Notes: generated by a model from the sequence alone, not told the origin. A stretch of 45,809 nt of DNA from Candidatus Woesearchaeota archaeon (GCA_050187915.1 JBFXLI010000007.1:1-45809); one strand, 5' to 3'; shown: positions 23,470 to 33,830, counted from the stretch's first letter. Made by a program: numbers and translations.

Positions 23470-26082
23470 ATGGCTGAAAAAGAACCTTTTAAAAAAATAA
23501 GTGCTAAAGAAAAATATCATATTAAACATATGTTGAAGGAACTTGAAAGTATTAGAGGTAGGCACACTGAATTAATCACATTATATATTCCTGCAGGTTA
23601 CGATATTAATGCTAAAATTGCTCAAATTCAACAAGAACAAGGTACTGCTACAAATATTAAAAGTAAAAATACACGAGATAATGTTATTGCTTCACTTGAA
23701 AAAATGGCTCAATTTTTAAGAGGTTTTAAAACTACACCTCCTAATGGACTTATGGTTTTTTCAGGTAATGCTGCTGAAAGAGAAGGGCAACAAGATTACA
23801 GAGTTTGGAGTTTTGAACCTCCTGTTCCTTTAAAACAAAACTTGTATAGGTGTGATAAAGAATTTGTACTTGATCCTATGAGAGATATGATTGAAGATAA
23901 AATTCTTTTTGGACTTGTTGTTATGGATAAAAGAGAAGGCAATATTGCTATGCTTAAAGGTAAAACTATTATTCATTTGGATACTATGACTTCTGCGGTT
24001 CCTGGGAAAACTAAGAGCGGGGGTCAATGTTTAGTTAGAGATTCTGCTGTTCAATTAGGGAGTGGAAATATTGTCTCTATTTGTGAAACTCATAATCCTT
24101 TAGCTGTTAAAAGTATGGTTGGAGATTATATTGGAACTAGTGATATAACTGATAAATGGGAAGTTCCTAAAGAAGAAGTTTATACTATTACAACTAAATA
24201 TCCTCGATTACAAGTTTCTTGTTCTAAAGATCATATATTCTTTGTTAGAACTTCGTCAGGCATTGTTGAGAAAAGTGCTTCTGAATTGAAGGTTGAAGAT
24301 GCTTTAATTATGCCTGAAATTATTGATGTTAAGGGAGTTAAGCAAAAGTTAGTTGCTAAAGATTATGTTTGTTATATTGTTTCTAAAGATGGTTTGAATG
24401 AATTTATTTCTAAACGAAAGGAATTAAATTTGAGTCAGAAAAAATTTGGAGAGATTAGTGATGTTCCTCAATCTAATATTAGTGCTTTTGAAAGAGGAGT
24501 GATTAATTTTACGGAGAATGTTTTGAACAGGTTGTTGAAAAATCTAGGTTTGGAAAATTTTTCTAAATATTTACAGATTAGACGCAAGGTTACTTTGCCT
24601 AAGGTTTTAGATAAAAATGTTGCTCAATTTATTGGTTATTACTTTGGTGATGGTTGTTCTGAAGATCACCGAATTACTTTATTTGAACAAAGAAAGGATG
24701 TTGCTTTGGAGTATAAACAGTTAGGTGAGAAATTATTTAATGTTGAAGGTAAGTGTAAATTTAGAGAAAGTAAAAATTATTATCAAATTCGTTTTGATGC
24801 TTTTGTGATTGTTAAGTTTTTAAAAGATAATTTTCCTGAGTTGAAAAAAGCTTTGGATAGTTGCGTTCCTAAAAAAATCATGGAGTCTAGTAATGATGTT
24901 GTTGCTGGTTTTTTGAAAGGATTGTTTGATGCTGAAGGTTATGTTGTTAAAGATAAAGTTGGAATTGGTTTGAACAATAAAAAAACCATTCAAACTATGC
25001 AGATGATGTTTTTGAGATTTGGAATAATTTCTTCTTTCTTAGAATATGACAATAATAGAAATAAATATTCAAACAATATTCGTTATTCGTTACAAATTAC
25101 TGATAAGGAATCTTTGGAGATTTTTCAACAAGTTATTGGTTTTACAGCTAAGGATAAATCTTTGAAGTTGAAAAAGTGTATTTTAAATAAAACTGACAAG
25201 AGTTCTGTAAGGCAGATTGTTGTTGCAGGAAGTATAGTTAGAAAACTTATTGAGAAATTTGGTTATAATTCTGAGAAATATGCTAAGGCTAATATGTTTT
25301 TAAGAGATAAACGAGAGATTAGTAAGGTTGTTTTTAAGAAAATTTTTATTGAAGGAACCAAAGATGTTAGTTTGAAATCTGAGTTTCAAAAGATTTATGC
25401 CAGAAAGATATTGCCTGTCAAGATTTCTTCGATTGATGTTAAAAAGGAGAAAAATATTATGATTGATATTAGTACTTCTAAGCAAAATTTTATTGCTAAT
25501 TGTTTAATAGTACACAATTCAGCTCAACGTTTTGAGCGTTTAAGAGATGGTGCTGCAATTGATTTTTATAAAAGAATTGCTGAGAGTATGAAAGAAAAAT
25601 TTCTAGATAATCAAACTGAACTTCAAGGAATTATTATTGGTGGTCCTGGTTTTACAAAATTTGAATTTGCTGATGGAAACTATATTAATGAAACTTTAAA
25701 AAGAAAAATTATTGCTGTTAAAGATATTTCTTATACTGGAGAATTTGGTGTTACTGAACTTGTTGAAAGAAGTGAAGATGTTCTTGCTGAAGAAGAAGTT
25801 ATTAAAGAAAAACAATTAATGAGAAGATTTTTTGAGTTATTATCTAAAGCTTCTGAAAAAGCTGCTTATGGATTTGATGATGTTTTAAAATATACTGAAA
25901 TGGGTGCTGTTGAAACAATTTTAGTTTCTGAAGAATTAGATGATAATGATATTGAAATTCTTGAAAAGGCATCTGATTTAGTTGGAACTAATTTAGAAAT
26001 TATTTCTGTTGAGACTCGTGAAGGTGTTCAATTGAGGGATATGGGTAAGGTTGTTGCTATTCTCAGATATTCTGTTGAATAA
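23470..26082 (+). CDS. prf1: Peptide chain release factor aRF1, interrupted by an intein
   Basis: It contains the NIKS motif (GTATNIKSKNTRDN) and a GGQ motif (PGKTKSGGQ) followed after the intein by SAQRFERLRDG. The extein total is about 373 aa. The start was set at the first ATG (MAEKEP...), whereas the track starts at a TTG at 23458. Confidence 0.9.
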   Translation: MAEKEPFKKISAKEKYHIKHMLKELESIRGRHTELITLYIPAGYDINAKIAQIQQEQGTATNIKSKNTRDNVIASLEKMAQFLRGFKTTPPNGLMVFSGNAAEREGQQDYRVWSFEPPVPLKQNLYRCDKEFVLDPMRDMIEDKILFGLVVMDKREGNIAMLKGKTIIHLDTMTSAVPGKTKSGGQCLVRDSAVQLGSGNIVSICETHNPLAVKSMVGDYIGTSDITDKWEVPKEEVYTITTKYPRLQVSCSKDHIFFVRTSSGIVEKSASELKVEDALIMPEIIDVKGVKQKLVAKDYVCYIVSKDGLNEFISKRKELNLSQKKFGEISDVPQSNISAFERGVINFTENVLNRLLKNLGLENFSKYLQIRRKVTLPKVLDKNVAQFIGYYFGDGCSEDHRITLFEQRKDVALEYKQLGEKLFNVEGKCKFRESKNYYQIRFDAFVIVKFLKDNFPELKKALDSCVPKKIMESSNDVVAGFLKGLFDAEGYVVKDKVGIGLNNKKTIQTMQMMFLRFGIISSFLEYDNNRNKYSNNIRYSLQITDKESLEIFQQVIGFTAKDKSLKLKKCILNKTDKSSVRQIVVAGSIVRKLIEKFGYNSEKYAKANMFLRDKREISKVVFKKIFIEGTKDVSLKSEFQKIYARKILPVKISSIDVKKEKNIMIDISTSKQNFIANCLIVHNSAQRFERLRDGAAIDFYKRIAESMKEKFLDNQTELQGIIIGGPGFTKFEFADGNYINETLKRKIIAVKDISYTGEFGVTELVERSEDVLAEEEVIKEKQLMRRFFELLSKASEKAAYGFDDVLKYTEMGAVETILVSEELDDNDIEILEKASDLVGTNLEIISVETREGVQLRDMGKVVAILRYSVE
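24028..25518 (+). mobile_element. Intein (497 aa) with a LAGLIDADG homing endonuclease and an XRE-type HTH, inserted between Q of GGQ and Ser
   Basis: It starts CLVRDSAVQL (Cys1) and ends CLIVHN, followed by Ser at +1. Block B is likely VSCSKDHIFFV. The LAGLIDADG motifs are FIGYYFGDG and FLKGLFDAEGYV. The HTH is LSQKKFGEISDVPQSNISAFERG. Confidence 0.88.
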
Positions 26083-26088
26083 ATTAAA

Positions 26089-26838
26089 ATGGAAATTCAA
26101 ACTTTATTAAAGCAAGACATTCTAACCAAGGCTTTTCAAGAATTATATCCTAATAAAGAAGTTCCTAAATTAAATCTAGAATATTCAAATAGATTTTCTG
26201 ATTATAATGGTAATGTTAAATTTGAAAAATTGGGAAGATTGATTCTTTCTTTGACTTTTTCTCTTTCTAAAAAATTTAAAGATTGTGAAGATGAGATTAA
26301 AATAGGTATAATACAAGAACTTATGAATAAAGTTTACAAAACAAAAATTCAAACTTTTAATCAAGATTTATATAAGAAATTTACAAAACACTTAGGAAAC
26401 TACGCAATAAAAGGAGAAAGTAATAAATTTCTAAAAGAATTATTTGAAGAAATTAATTTAGAATATTTTTCTGGTTTGATGGAACAACCAACTATGATTT
26501 TTGGACAAAAGAGTTATAGAAGTTTAGGACATTACAATTATAATAAAGATTTAGTTACAATTAGTTCTATTTTTTTAGATGAAAATAATGAAATTAAAGA
26601 TATTAATTTAGTAAAATATGTTCTGTATCATGAACTTTTACATAAGAAACATAAATTTAAAGTTGTTAATAATCAAAATAGACATCATACTGGTGAATTT
26701 AAAAAAGATGAAAAAAAATATCAAGATAAAAATATTGAATTTAAACTTAAGAGTTTTCTTGGTAGACAAAGAATAAAAAAAGAAATAAATAAATTTGGTT
26801 TTAATAAATTAAAAGAAAAATTAAAAAAGTTTTTTTAA
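26089..26838 (+). CDS. Putative zinc metallohydrolase (DUF45 / YgjP / SprT-like HExxH protein)
   Basis: It contains YVLYHELLHKKHKF...RHHTGEF, matching the HExxH(x)nH..F pattern. Confidence 0.55.
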   Translation: MEIQTLLKQDILTKAFQELYPNKEVPKLNLEYSNRFSDYNGNVKFEKLGRLILSLTFSLSKKFKDCEDEIKIGIIQELMNKVYKTKIQTFNQDLYKKFTKHLGNYAIKGESNKFLKELFEEINLEYFSGLMEQPTMIFGQKSYRSLGHYNYNKDLVTISSIFLDENNEIKDINLVKYVLYHELLHKKHKFKVVNNQNRHHTGEFKKDEKKYQDKNIEFKLKSFLGRQRIKKEINKFGFNKLKEKLKKFF

Positions 26839-28019
26839 AATATTGCTTTTATCATTGGGAAAAAAATCAATATCAAAATTATTATTAAAAGTAATAAACT
26901 TGTTTTAACCCAAATTATATGTCCTTTTTTATCTCCTTTTATTTTAGTTAATGCAAGTTGAATCATTCTTCCACCATCAACTGGTCCTAAAGGAAGTAAG
27001 TTTGCTGCACCTAAACCAATACTTAACATAAATATCCACATTAAAAGTTTTTCAAACCATCTTAAAAGATCTACTAACCATATTGGAATTCCTTCATTGA
27101 CATTTTGAATTGTATTTATTCCTAATACTCCAATATATGCTTTTGTTTCATCATTTGGATTTGATGTGGTTGTTATTTCATATGTGTGTGTAGAGTTAGC
27201 TATAGTTATTATTTCTCCTGGCTTTATTCCACTTAGTGAATCAACAAATTCATTTGCATTTTTGATTTCAATATTGTTAACTAAATTATATGTTACTTCA
27301 GCTTCAAGTCCTGCTTGCATTGCAGGTAAATCTTCTTGTATTGAAACAAATGAAAATCCTCCGGGAGTTACCATTGAATTTATTACTGGCGTAAATATAA
27401 GAGAAAATACTGCTAACGCCATAAGTGCTAAAATTAAATTTGCAAATGGTCCTGCTGCAAATACTGAATATTTTGTTACATCATCTGCTTTTTGTAATTT
27501 TTTTTCATCTGGTTCTACAAAAGCACCAATTAAAGGTCCAAAGAAAACTATGCCTGAATTTAAAACTGGAATTTTATTTGCTCTTGAAACTACACCATGT
27601 CCAAATTCATGTATTACAACTACTATAAATAAGGCTATTATTCCATGCCAGAAGGGTATAAATACTGCGCTTCCAGGTATGTGTACTCCTGGTAATACTA
27701 TTGAAAATGTTGCTGGGGCGTCTGGAACTGTAAATAATTTTATGAATCCTGAAATTACATAAACAAAAATATATGCCATTCCTACAAATCCTGTTCCTAT
27801 TCCTATAATTCCAAGTAATTTTATAAATTCTCTATATTTTTCTCCCCATTTATCCATTAATTTTAATCCTACTTTTGTTCTATAAAGTGCAATAAATTTT
27901 GCTTGAAATTGAAATTTCTTTTTATTTATTATTACTATTGCTATTAATGAGAAATAGAATAATATTATGAATTTGTAATTCCACATAAATGTTGTTAATG
28001 CTGATGTATCTAATGTCAT
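26835..28019 (-). CDS. Site-2 protease family (M50) intramembrane metalloprotease with a PDZ-like insert
   Basis: It contains VVVIHEFGHGVVSR (HExxH) and NLLPLGPVDGGRM, plus multiple TM segments. Confidence 0.85.
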   Translation of the reverse strand: MTLDTSALTTFMWNYKFIILFYFSLIAIVIINKKKFQFQAKFIALYRTKVGLKLMDKWGEKYREFIKLLGIIGIGTGFVGMAYIFVYVISGFIKLFTVPDAPATFSIVLPGVHIPGSAVFIPFWHGIIALFIVVVIHEFGHGVVSRANKIPVLNSGIVFFGPLIGAFVEPDEKKLQKADDVTKYSVFAAGPFANLILALMALAVFSLIFTPVINSMVTPGGFSFVSIQEDLPAMQAGLEAEVTYNLVNNIEIKNANEFVDSLSGIKPGEIITIANSTHTYEITTTSNPNDETKAYIGVLGINTIQNVNEGIPIWLVDLLRWFEKLLMWIFMLSIGLGAANLLPLGPVDGGRMIQLALTKIKGDKKGHIIWVKTSLLLLIIILILIFFPMIKAIF

Positions 28020-28067
28020 GTTAGAATTGAGAAATTGATTATTTATAAATGTTTAGTTAAAAATTAA

Positions 28068-29795
28068 TTATAAAATTTTACTTACATAAACTCCATCGTT
28101 TTGGTACCCTTGTTTTCTGTAATATTCTCTTACGCCAACTCCTGAAATAACTATTATTTTATTGTAATTATTTTGTTTTGCTATTTCTTCTGCTTGTTTT
28201 AATAATTTCTTTCCTATTCCTTTGTGTTGAGAAGATGTTGGTTTGTCTTTTCCTATTGAAGTTGATTCTCCGTAAACGTGTAATTCTCTTATTATTGCTG
28301 TTGTTGGTGTTATTTCATTTCTTAATTGTTGTGATGGAAATCTTAATCTACAAAATCCAAATAATGTGTTGGTTTGAGTTTCTTCATAAGATATGAAAAA
28401 TTCTTTTCCTTCTGAAGCTAAGTATTCAATAATATTTATTTTTGCGTTTTCTATGTTGGATTCTTTTCGTCCACTTTCTCTTGCTCTTATGTCTTGTGGA
28501 ATTATTTTTTCTAATTTTAATTCTTTATCAACATATTGTCTGAGATTTGTTTTGTCTACTCCTGCCTCTATTCTGTATGTTGGTATGTCTCTTTGTACTC
28601 TCATTATTCTACAATATTTTGGAATATATTTGAATGCTTGTGCTATTATTTCTGCTGCTTGTTTTGTAGATAATGGTTGGAATTTTCCTTGTTTAAATTC
28701 ATCGTATAATTTTGTGTTAGGCATTACCATTAGTGGATAAATTTTTAACATATCAGGCTGATATCGAGAATCGGAAAACAAAATTCGAAAAGCATTTATA
28801 TCTTCATCAACACTTACTCCTGGGATTCCTGGCATGATGTGAAAATTTAATTTGAAACCTAAATCTTTCAGACGTCTTATAGCTTGAATGCTGCACTCTG
28901 CATCGTGGCCTCGGTTTATTGCTTTTAGTGCTTCATCATAAACTGATTGTATTCCTAATTCTATTCTTGTACAACCTTGATTTAACATTATATTTGCTTG
29001 TTCTAAGGATGCTTGATCTGGACGTGTTTCTATTGTTAATCCTATGCATCGTACTATTGATGTTTCGTTTCTTAACTTTTCTTGTTCTAAAGTTGTTTTA
29101 TTTTTATTTTTTAATTCGAAAAGTTTTTCATGTATTTTTTTTGTTCTTTGTTCATTTCCAATGCTTCCTGGTAATAAAAAGAATTCTTTGAACTTGTTTA
29201 AATTTAATATTTTTTCTTCAAAAAATAATTCTGAAAAATCATTCATTGCTTTGAATGCATAGGTTATGAATTCGTTTTGATAGTTTATATCTCTAGCGGG
29301 AAATGTTCCTCCCATTATTATTAAATCTGCTTTTTCTATTGAATGTCCTAATACTATGTATTGTTCTAATCTATTAAATACTTGAACATATGAATCATAA
29401 TTTGCTCTTATTGCTCTCATTGTTGCAGGTTCTTTTCCTGTATAACTTTGTGGAACATCTCCATATGCTGAATCTATTCCTCCTGGACACATTGAACATT
29501 TTCCGTGAGGGCATGGATGTGGACTTGTCATTATTGCGATAGGTATTACTCCACTTAATGAACGTGATGGTTTGGTTTGTAAAATTGATTTTAAAAATTT
29601 TAATTGTTCTTCATCTGCTTGCATCAATATTTCTATATCTGTGGGTATTTTTATTATTTTTAATTTTTTACAAAGTTTTATTTTTAATTTAAATATTGTT
29701 TCTTTATCTAATTTTTTTAGGGTTTTTAATTCTGTATATAACTGATTAATATATTCTGTCAAATTGTAATTTTTTTGATTTTCTTGTTCTTGCAT
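28068..29795 (-). CDS. elp3: Elp3-type radical SAM / GNAT tRNA uridine(34) modification enzyme
   Basis: It has the radical-SAM-region Cys cluster CPHGKCSMCPGG, the segment IELGIQSVYDEAL, and the C-terminal GNAT motif HKGIGKKLLKQAEEIA. Confidence 0.9.
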   Translation of the reverse strand: MQEQENQKNYNLTEYINQLYTELKTLKKLDKETIFKLKIKLCKKLKIIKIPTDIEILMQADEEQLKFLKSILQTKPSRSLSGVIPIAIMTSPHPCPHGKCSMCPGGIDSAYGDVPQSYTGKEPATMRAIRANYDSYVQVFNRLEQYIVLGHSIEKADLIIMGGTFPARDINYQNEFITYAFKAMNDFSELFFEEKILNLNKFKEFFLLPGSIGNEQRTKKIHEKLFELKNKNKTTLEQEKLRNETSIVRCIGLTIETRPDQASLEQANIMLNQGCTRIELGIQSVYDEALKAINRGHDAECSIQAIRRLKDLGFKLNFHIMPGIPGVSVDEDINAFRILFSDSRYQPDMLKIYPLMVMPNTKLYDEFKQGKFQPLSTKQAAEIIAQAFKYIPKYCRIMRVQRDIPTYRIEAGVDKTNLRQYVDKELKLEKIIPQDIRARESGRKESNIENAKINIIEYLASEGKEFFISYEETQTNTLFGFCRLRFPSQQLRNEITPTTAIIRELHVYGESTSIGKDKPTSSQHKGIGKKLLKQAEEIAKQNNYNKIIVISGVGVREYYRKQGYQNDGVYVSKIL

Positions 29796-29845
29796 ATTTT
29801 AAGGAATATGATTATATTTAAAAAGGTTTGAGATTATCTAATATT

Positions 29846-30931
29846 ATGGAAAAGATAGTTGATGAAGGTGAAGTTAAATTAAAAATTGACTCTGCAGATG
29901 TCGTATCTAAAGATTTAGAGGTTTTTTATAATCCTAAGATGGGATTAAATAGAAGTATATCTATTTTATTGCTTAAAATTCTTAATAATAAAAATATGAG
30001 GATTTGTTTACCTTTGGCTGGAACTGGTGTTAGGGCTGTGCGTATGCTCAAAGAGTTGCCTTCTGAATTAATTGATAAAATTTATGTTAATGATTTAAAT
30101 TTGAAAATGAATGATTATTTGAAAACTAATTTGGAATTAAATAAATTGTCTGATGAAAAATTAAATATTAGTAATGTTGATGCTAGAAAATTATTTTTAG
30201 AAGATTTTGGTTTTGATTATATTGATATTGATCCTTATGGTAGTCCAAATGTTTTTTTAGATGGAGCTATAAATAGAATTTCTAATGAAGGTATTTTAGC
30301 TGTTACTGCTACAGATACTGCTTGTTTGGCTGGAACTTATATAAATACTTGTATTAGAAAATATTGGGCAAAACCTAGGCTTTGTCCTCAAAAACACGAA
30401 ATTGCTTTAAGAATTTTAGCTAGAAAAGTTCAATTACTTGGCTTACAATATAATAAAGCCTTAATTCCAATTTTAAGTTATCATTTTGAACATTATTACA
30501 GGATTTTTTTTATTGTTAAACGTGGTAAAAAAGAGTGCAATAATTTATTTAATGAATTTGGTGAATGTGAGTATGATAATAAAACTGGAAATTTTTCTTT
30601 AGGTAAAGGTATTGGTCCTATGTACTTAGGAAAATTGCAAAATTGTGATGTTGTTGGAAAAATGTTTTTGAATTCTGATAAAATCTCAAAAAAATTAATG
30701 GAAAAATTATTTTTTGAATCTAGTTTTAATAAAGCTGGACATTATGATATACATGATGTTTGTGAAAAAAATAAAATTCCTTCTGTAAGTTCTAATGATG
30801 TTTTAAGTGAATTAATTTCTCGTGGTTTTTCTGCAACAAAAGTTCATATGAATCAATATGGTATTAGAACAGATGCTAGTATTGAAGAATTTTTAGAAAT
30901 TATAAAGATGTTAAATGGACTAGAAAAATAA
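29846..30931 (+). CDS. trm1: tRNA (guanine(26)-N2)-dimethyltransferase Trm1
   Basis: It contains FYNPKMGLNRSISILLL, LAGTGVRAVR and DIDPYGSPNVFLDGAI. The start was set at the ATG at 29846; the track begins at a TTG at 29828. Confidence 0.88.
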   Translation: MEKIVDEGEVKLKIDSADVVSKDLEVFYNPKMGLNRSISILLLKILNNKNMRICLPLAGTGVRAVRMLKELPSELIDKIYVNDLNLKMNDYLKTNLELNKLSDEKLNISNVDARKLFLEDFGFDYIDIDPYGSPNVFLDGAINRISNEGILAVTATDTACLAGTYINTCIRKYWAKPRLCPQKHEIALRILARKVQLLGLQYNKALIPILSYHFEHYYRIFFIVKRGKKECNNLFNEFGECEYDNKTGNFSLGKGIGPMYLGKLQNCDVVGKMFLNSDKISKKLMEKLFFESSFNKAGHYDIHDVCEKNKIPSVSSNDVLSELISRGFSATKVHMNQYGIRTDASIEEFLEIIKMLNGLEK

Positions 30932-31189
30932 TTATATTTTAACGAATCCTTCTAATAATTTTAAGGAATTGTTCCTTTTGAGTATTTCTAGAAAATTTAA
31001 AACGTCTTCTTCTGAAAAGTTAAAGTAACTTGCTTCGATTATTATTGCATCTATTGGAATTTTTCCTGCTTTATCTGGAACTAAAGATTGTATTATACTC
31101 ATTAATTCTATGGCACGATCAAGTTCAACTTCTCTAGCTAAACGATTAGCCATGTTTTTTTGTATATCAAATAAATCATCGAAAGGCAT
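30932..31189 (-). CDS. Hypothetical small protein (85 aa)
   Basis: This ORF lies downstream of the 644-aa gene on the same strand. Its helical pattern is possibly winged-helix-like, but no assignment was made. Confidence 0.4.
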   Translation of the reverse strand: MPFDDLFDIQKNMANRLAREVELDRAIELMSIIQSLVPDKAGKIPIDAIIIEASYFNFSEEDVLNFLEILKRNNSLKLLEGFVKI

Positions 31190-31259
31190 TATAAAGTATT
31201 AAATTACAGAGTTTATTTTTATACTTTGCTATATTTTTGTAGGAAAATGTATACTGGAG

Positions 31260-33194
31260 TTAGTTTTTAGATGTTAAATAAGAGCTTATTGGAATTAAGT
31301 TTTTACCAAATAGTTCATATTGTTCTAGAAGTTTATTAAATAAAGGTGGTTGTTTTGCATTTTTTATGTTTTCTTTTGTGAACGAATGTGCGTTTTTTAG
31401 GACTTCATCTACATATGTAAAATCAGGATTTGGAACTTTTAGATATCCTTTCATGTGTGACAAAATTCTATGATAGAGTAAAGCTAATTGCATATCTACA
31501 GATTCTTCCATGAATGGTTTCATTAAAGTATTTCTTACATTTATAGGGGTTACTGAAGGTTCATAAAAAAGTGTGTTTATTGGTTCTGCATTTTGAGATA
31601 GTTTTGATAATTCATTGTCTATGAATTCTATATCTTCGCCATAAAGGAAATTTCGAATTAGTGAATCTGTTGTTGGTTTTAATTTTGTATCTTGTAAAAT
31701 AATATCTAGTGTATCATTTGTTAACCCTTTTTTGTAAATGGTTTCATCTGGAAATATTAATCCATTTTCACCTAAGTGTTTTTCTTTTAAATCTACTTTT
31801 TTGAAATTGAAAGTTTTATCTTCGTATGTAAATCCTGTACCTAAAACATCTTGCATTTTTTCAGTAAGATTCATAATTTTTTGAAAGATAATTAATATTT
31901 CTTTTTCAGAGGGTTTGTATTTTTTTATATATTCTAAAATGTTCGGTTGCCAAGATTGTGTTGAGATTAATATTTTTTTGTCTTTTACATCTCCTAAATA
32001 TATCATTTTTTCAGTTTTAATTTGTTTTGATTGTAAAAATTTAGTTTTATAAAATTCTCCTTCTATTGCTTGTTTATTTTTACTTAATTTAAAAAATACT
32101 GCAAAATCTAAAGGAGAATATTTTCTTTGTTTGGATGCTAATATTTTTGCAGTTCCTTTAGTTCCTCCTGCTGGTTCTAATTCATCTACAAATGTTTCTG
32201 GATTTATTACTTTTGAAAATTCTTTCCAAACTTTATTTGCATATTCTGGTTCGTATTTATCAAAAAATAATCCTAAGGAGGAAAGTAGTTGTGTTTTTTC
32301 TTCATCGGAATGTTTAATAGTTTGATTATTAATTATTTCTTCCAACGCTTCTTTTGCATATTTAATTTTTAAATTTAAGTTTACATCCATTGGTAGAACC
32401 GAATTAAATTTAAATATATTAGAAGACTTTTCAAATTTTATTTCATTGTAAAAAAGCATTCTTCCTAAAAAAGAAAATCTTTTAAGTTTGGAAGTTAGAT
32501 ATAAATATTTTATTGCATATCCCATTCCTTCGACATAATTTTCTGACATTGCAAATGATGCAATATTTTGTAATACAGCAGGATCTTTTGGATTTAATTT
32601 TTGAGACGCTTTGAAAAATTTTTTTGGATTCTGTGTCGCACTATAATAAATAGTTTGCATGAATGGTTTAAATTTAAGAATTATAAATTTTAAAGTTTCA
32701 GGCACTTGTTTTATTGTTGTATCTTTTATCGCGAAGAAACTAAAAATTCCAACAGATAATTTGTGCATGGATTGTAAAATGTTTTTTGAGTTCTCTAACA
32801 AATAGTCTTTATTTAATAATAAATTTTGATTTATATTATATTCATCAAATGTTTTTGGCATGAATTTATTTAAAAAAATTAAGCCTCCTGTAAAATAAAT
32901 AGCATTATAAAAAAGTCTTTCTAAACCACCATCTTTTTCACGTATTTCTAAAGGTTCATTAATCAATTCATTTCCAAGTTCTGAAAGATGTTTTTTTGAA
33001 GGTGTATTAGCAAGATAAAACGCATATATGGGTACTGCCGATCTTAGAACCTCTCTTAAATTAATAACATCATTTTCACTTAACAAATATGCTCCTACCA
33101 ATAATGTTTCTAGAATTCTTTTTTTAGTGTCTATTTTATATGGAATTGAAAACATATTCCATAAATGTGATAAAGTTGATTTTTTATTTTGCAA
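31260..33194 (-). CDS. Hypothetical protein (644 aa), no recognisable domain
   Basis: It is a long uninterrupted ORF in an AT-rich background, which makes a chance open frame unlikely. Confidence 0.55.
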   Translation of the reverse strand: MQNKKSTLSHLWNMFSIPYKIDTKKRILETLLVGAYLLSENDVINLREVLRSAVPIYAFYLANTPSKKHLSELGNELINEPLEIREKDGGLERLFYNAIYFTGGLIFLNKFMPKTFDEYNINQNLLLNKDYLLENSKNILQSMHKLSVGIFSFFAIKDTTIKQVPETLKFIILKFKPFMQTIYYSATQNPKKFFKASQKLNPKDPAVLQNIASFAMSENYVEGMGYAIKYLYLTSKLKRFSFLGRMLFYNEIKFEKSSNIFKFNSVLPMDVNLNLKIKYAKEALEEIINNQTIKHSDEEKTQLLSSLGLFFDKYEPEYANKVWKEFSKVINPETFVDELEPAGGTKGTAKILASKQRKYSPLDFAVFFKLSKNKQAIEGEFYKTKFLQSKQIKTEKMIYLGDVKDKKILISTQSWQPNILEYIKKYKPSEKEILIIFQKIMNLTEKMQDVLGTGFTYEDKTFNFKKVDLKEKHLGENGLIFPDETIYKKGLTNDTLDIILQDTKLKPTTDSLIRNFLYGEDIEFIDNELSKLSQNAEPINTLFYEPSVTPINVRNTLMKPFMEESVDMQLALLYHRILSHMKGYLKVPNPDFTYVDEVLKNAHSFTKENIKNAKQPPLFNKLLEQYELFGKNLIPISSYLTSKN

Positions 33195-33275
33195 TTAAAC
33201 ACCTAATAAAATATAATCTCAACTCTTTTTAAAATAAAATTTAAAAACGAATAAAATTAAAAATATTAAAAAAAA

Positions 33276-33830
33276 TTAATGGTGATGTCCACAAGATGAA
33301 CAATTTCCTGAGCAACCTTCTTCATCGTCACATTCTTCTTCATCTTCGTGATTGTGTTGCATGAATTTCTTTTTGTCTTCTTCAGTTGCTTCTCTTGCTT
33401 CAACTATTTTTATGTGGAAATTTAATTTTTTTCCTGCTAATGGATGATTTGCATCTAATTCAATAGTTTCTTCTTCTATTTTTGTTACTTGAACTGGAAT
33501 TGAATGTTCTGTATTTGGTATTTGCATTCCAAGTACGGTTCCTACCTTTATGTTTTTTATATTATCTCCTAATGCTGATTTCGGAACTTTTTGTACTAAA
33601 GATGGGTTATGTGCACCGTATCCTTCGCTTGGTTCAACAACAACATCTTTTTCTTCGTTTGATTTCATTCCAATTAAAGCTTCGTCAAAACCTTTTATTA
33701 ACATTCCATTGCCTGCAATAACTTCTAATGGTTCTCTGCCTTCTGATGAATCGAAAATATTTCCATCTTCAAATTTTCCTGTGTATTGTACTTTCACAAA
33801 ATCATCTTTTTTTACAATTTTTTCACTCAT
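33276..33830 (-). CDS. slyD: FKBP-type peptidyl-prolyl isomerase, SlyD-like, with a Cys/His-rich metal-binding tail
   Basis: It contains VKVQYTGKFEDGNIFDSS, GFDEALIGM and NHPLAGKKLNFHIKIVEAREAT. The tail is HNHEDEEECDDEEGCSGNCSSCGHHH. Confidence 0.85.
   Translation of the reverse strand: MSEKIVKKDDFVKVQYTGKFEDGNIFDSSEGREPLEVIAGNGMLIKGFDEALIGMKSNEEKDVVVEPSEGYGAHNPSLVQKVPKSALGDNIKNIKVGTVLGMQIPNTEHSIPVQVTKIEEETIELDANHPLAGKKLNFHIKIVEAREATEEDKKKFMQHNHEDEEECDDEEGCSGNCSSCGHHH

Noticed and set aside
27166-27762. 198-aa plus-strand ORF, and similar antisense ORFs inside the helicase, glycogen, Elp3 and GluRS genes
   Set aside because: They lie antisense to well-supported genes with strong family motifs and have low-complexity or Cys/Ser/Thr-biased translations typical of shadow frames.
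31260-33194. Protein-kinase-like fold for the 644-aa protein
   Set aside because: The idea rests only on a Gly-rich string and a DLKEKH..ENG string. There is no clear VAIK Lys, HRD or DFG arrangement.
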